Part shown: in pieces, positions 63,831-64,000 of the stretch
How the letters are laid out: every line of letters starts with the position of its first letter
Position numbering within the stretch: the first letter of the stretch is position 1
IMG/VR virus record: IMGVR_UViG_3300010351_000300
Coordinates: 422 to 64,421 of that record
Source of the DNA: a virus
Taxonomy: Duplodnaviria; Caudoviricetes
Length of the DNA stretch: 64,000 bases
Reading direction: 5' to 3' (one strand)
The notes under the pieces: generated by a model
What the model was told of the DNA's origin: nothing
Database searches by the model: none
Seen by the model: only the letters and a program-made list of their open reading frames with translations
Made by a program: the position numbers and the translations under genes

Positions 63831-64000
63831 ATGACGGTTCAGATTAAGGTGCGTAAGGGCAGTGTGCGTCCCATCCATGAGGCGAAGGATGCCACACCGC
63901 AAGCTCAGACTGTAGAAGGCCTCGAAGCTCTAGCTGAGGCAGAAGGCATTGACCTCGGGGATATCTCGCGGGATGAGTTGCTGGTTGGTATCGGTGTGGA
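63831..64000 (+). CDS. 3'-truncated protein, probable DUF5661-like domain
   Basis: ATG after AGGGGGT. MTVQIKVRKGSVRPIHE|AKD...ELLVGIGV(E) matches the start of the L..GI.VE.EH motif. Confidence 0.5.
   Translation, partial: MTVQIKVRKGSVRPIHEAKDATPQAQTVEGLEALAEAEGIDLGDISRDELLVGIGV

Noticed and set aside
1-64000. Stop-codon reassignment (code 15/4), as seen in some large phages
   Set aside because: Conserved genes (capsid, portal, TerL, NrdJ, sheath) are full length in the standard code, and TAG, TGA and TAA all end genes at sensible positions.
1-64000. CRISPR array, tRNA or rRNA genes
   Set aside because: I saw no regularly spaced short repeats with unique spacers and no cloverleaf or T-loop consensus in intergenic space. 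The repeats found are in-frame coding duplications.

Overview
This is 64 kb of a large, apparently lytic myovirus with T4-like/jumbo-phage gene modules in the standard genetic code. All credible genes are on the + strand. In order: an SSB-like fragment, RecA, a Rad50/SbcC split into three ORFs, Mre11/SbcD, a primase TOPRIM core, a sigma-like/Mor-like pair, terminase, an accessory region (ParB-like fusion, RlpA, candidate origin, nucleotidyltransferase, degenerate HNH, a 1264-aa mosaic protein), lysis genes, an intein-containing class II RNR, portal, a 1759-aa mosaic protein, prohead protease-scaffold, major capsid, neck, sheath, tube, tape measure, baseplate, six consecutive signal-peptide genes and tail-fibre-region genes. 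The strongest candidate for an undescribed system is the pair of giant mosaic ORFs. They look like strings of small domains separated by x-x-E|S/G/A/D linkers matching the sites in the phage's own protease-scaffold and capsid leader. Exact DNA repeats show modules being duplicated or inserted at those linkers. This suggests a recombination-expandable, protease-processed head-cargo polyprotein system. All family assignments are from motif recognition by eye; no database search was run.
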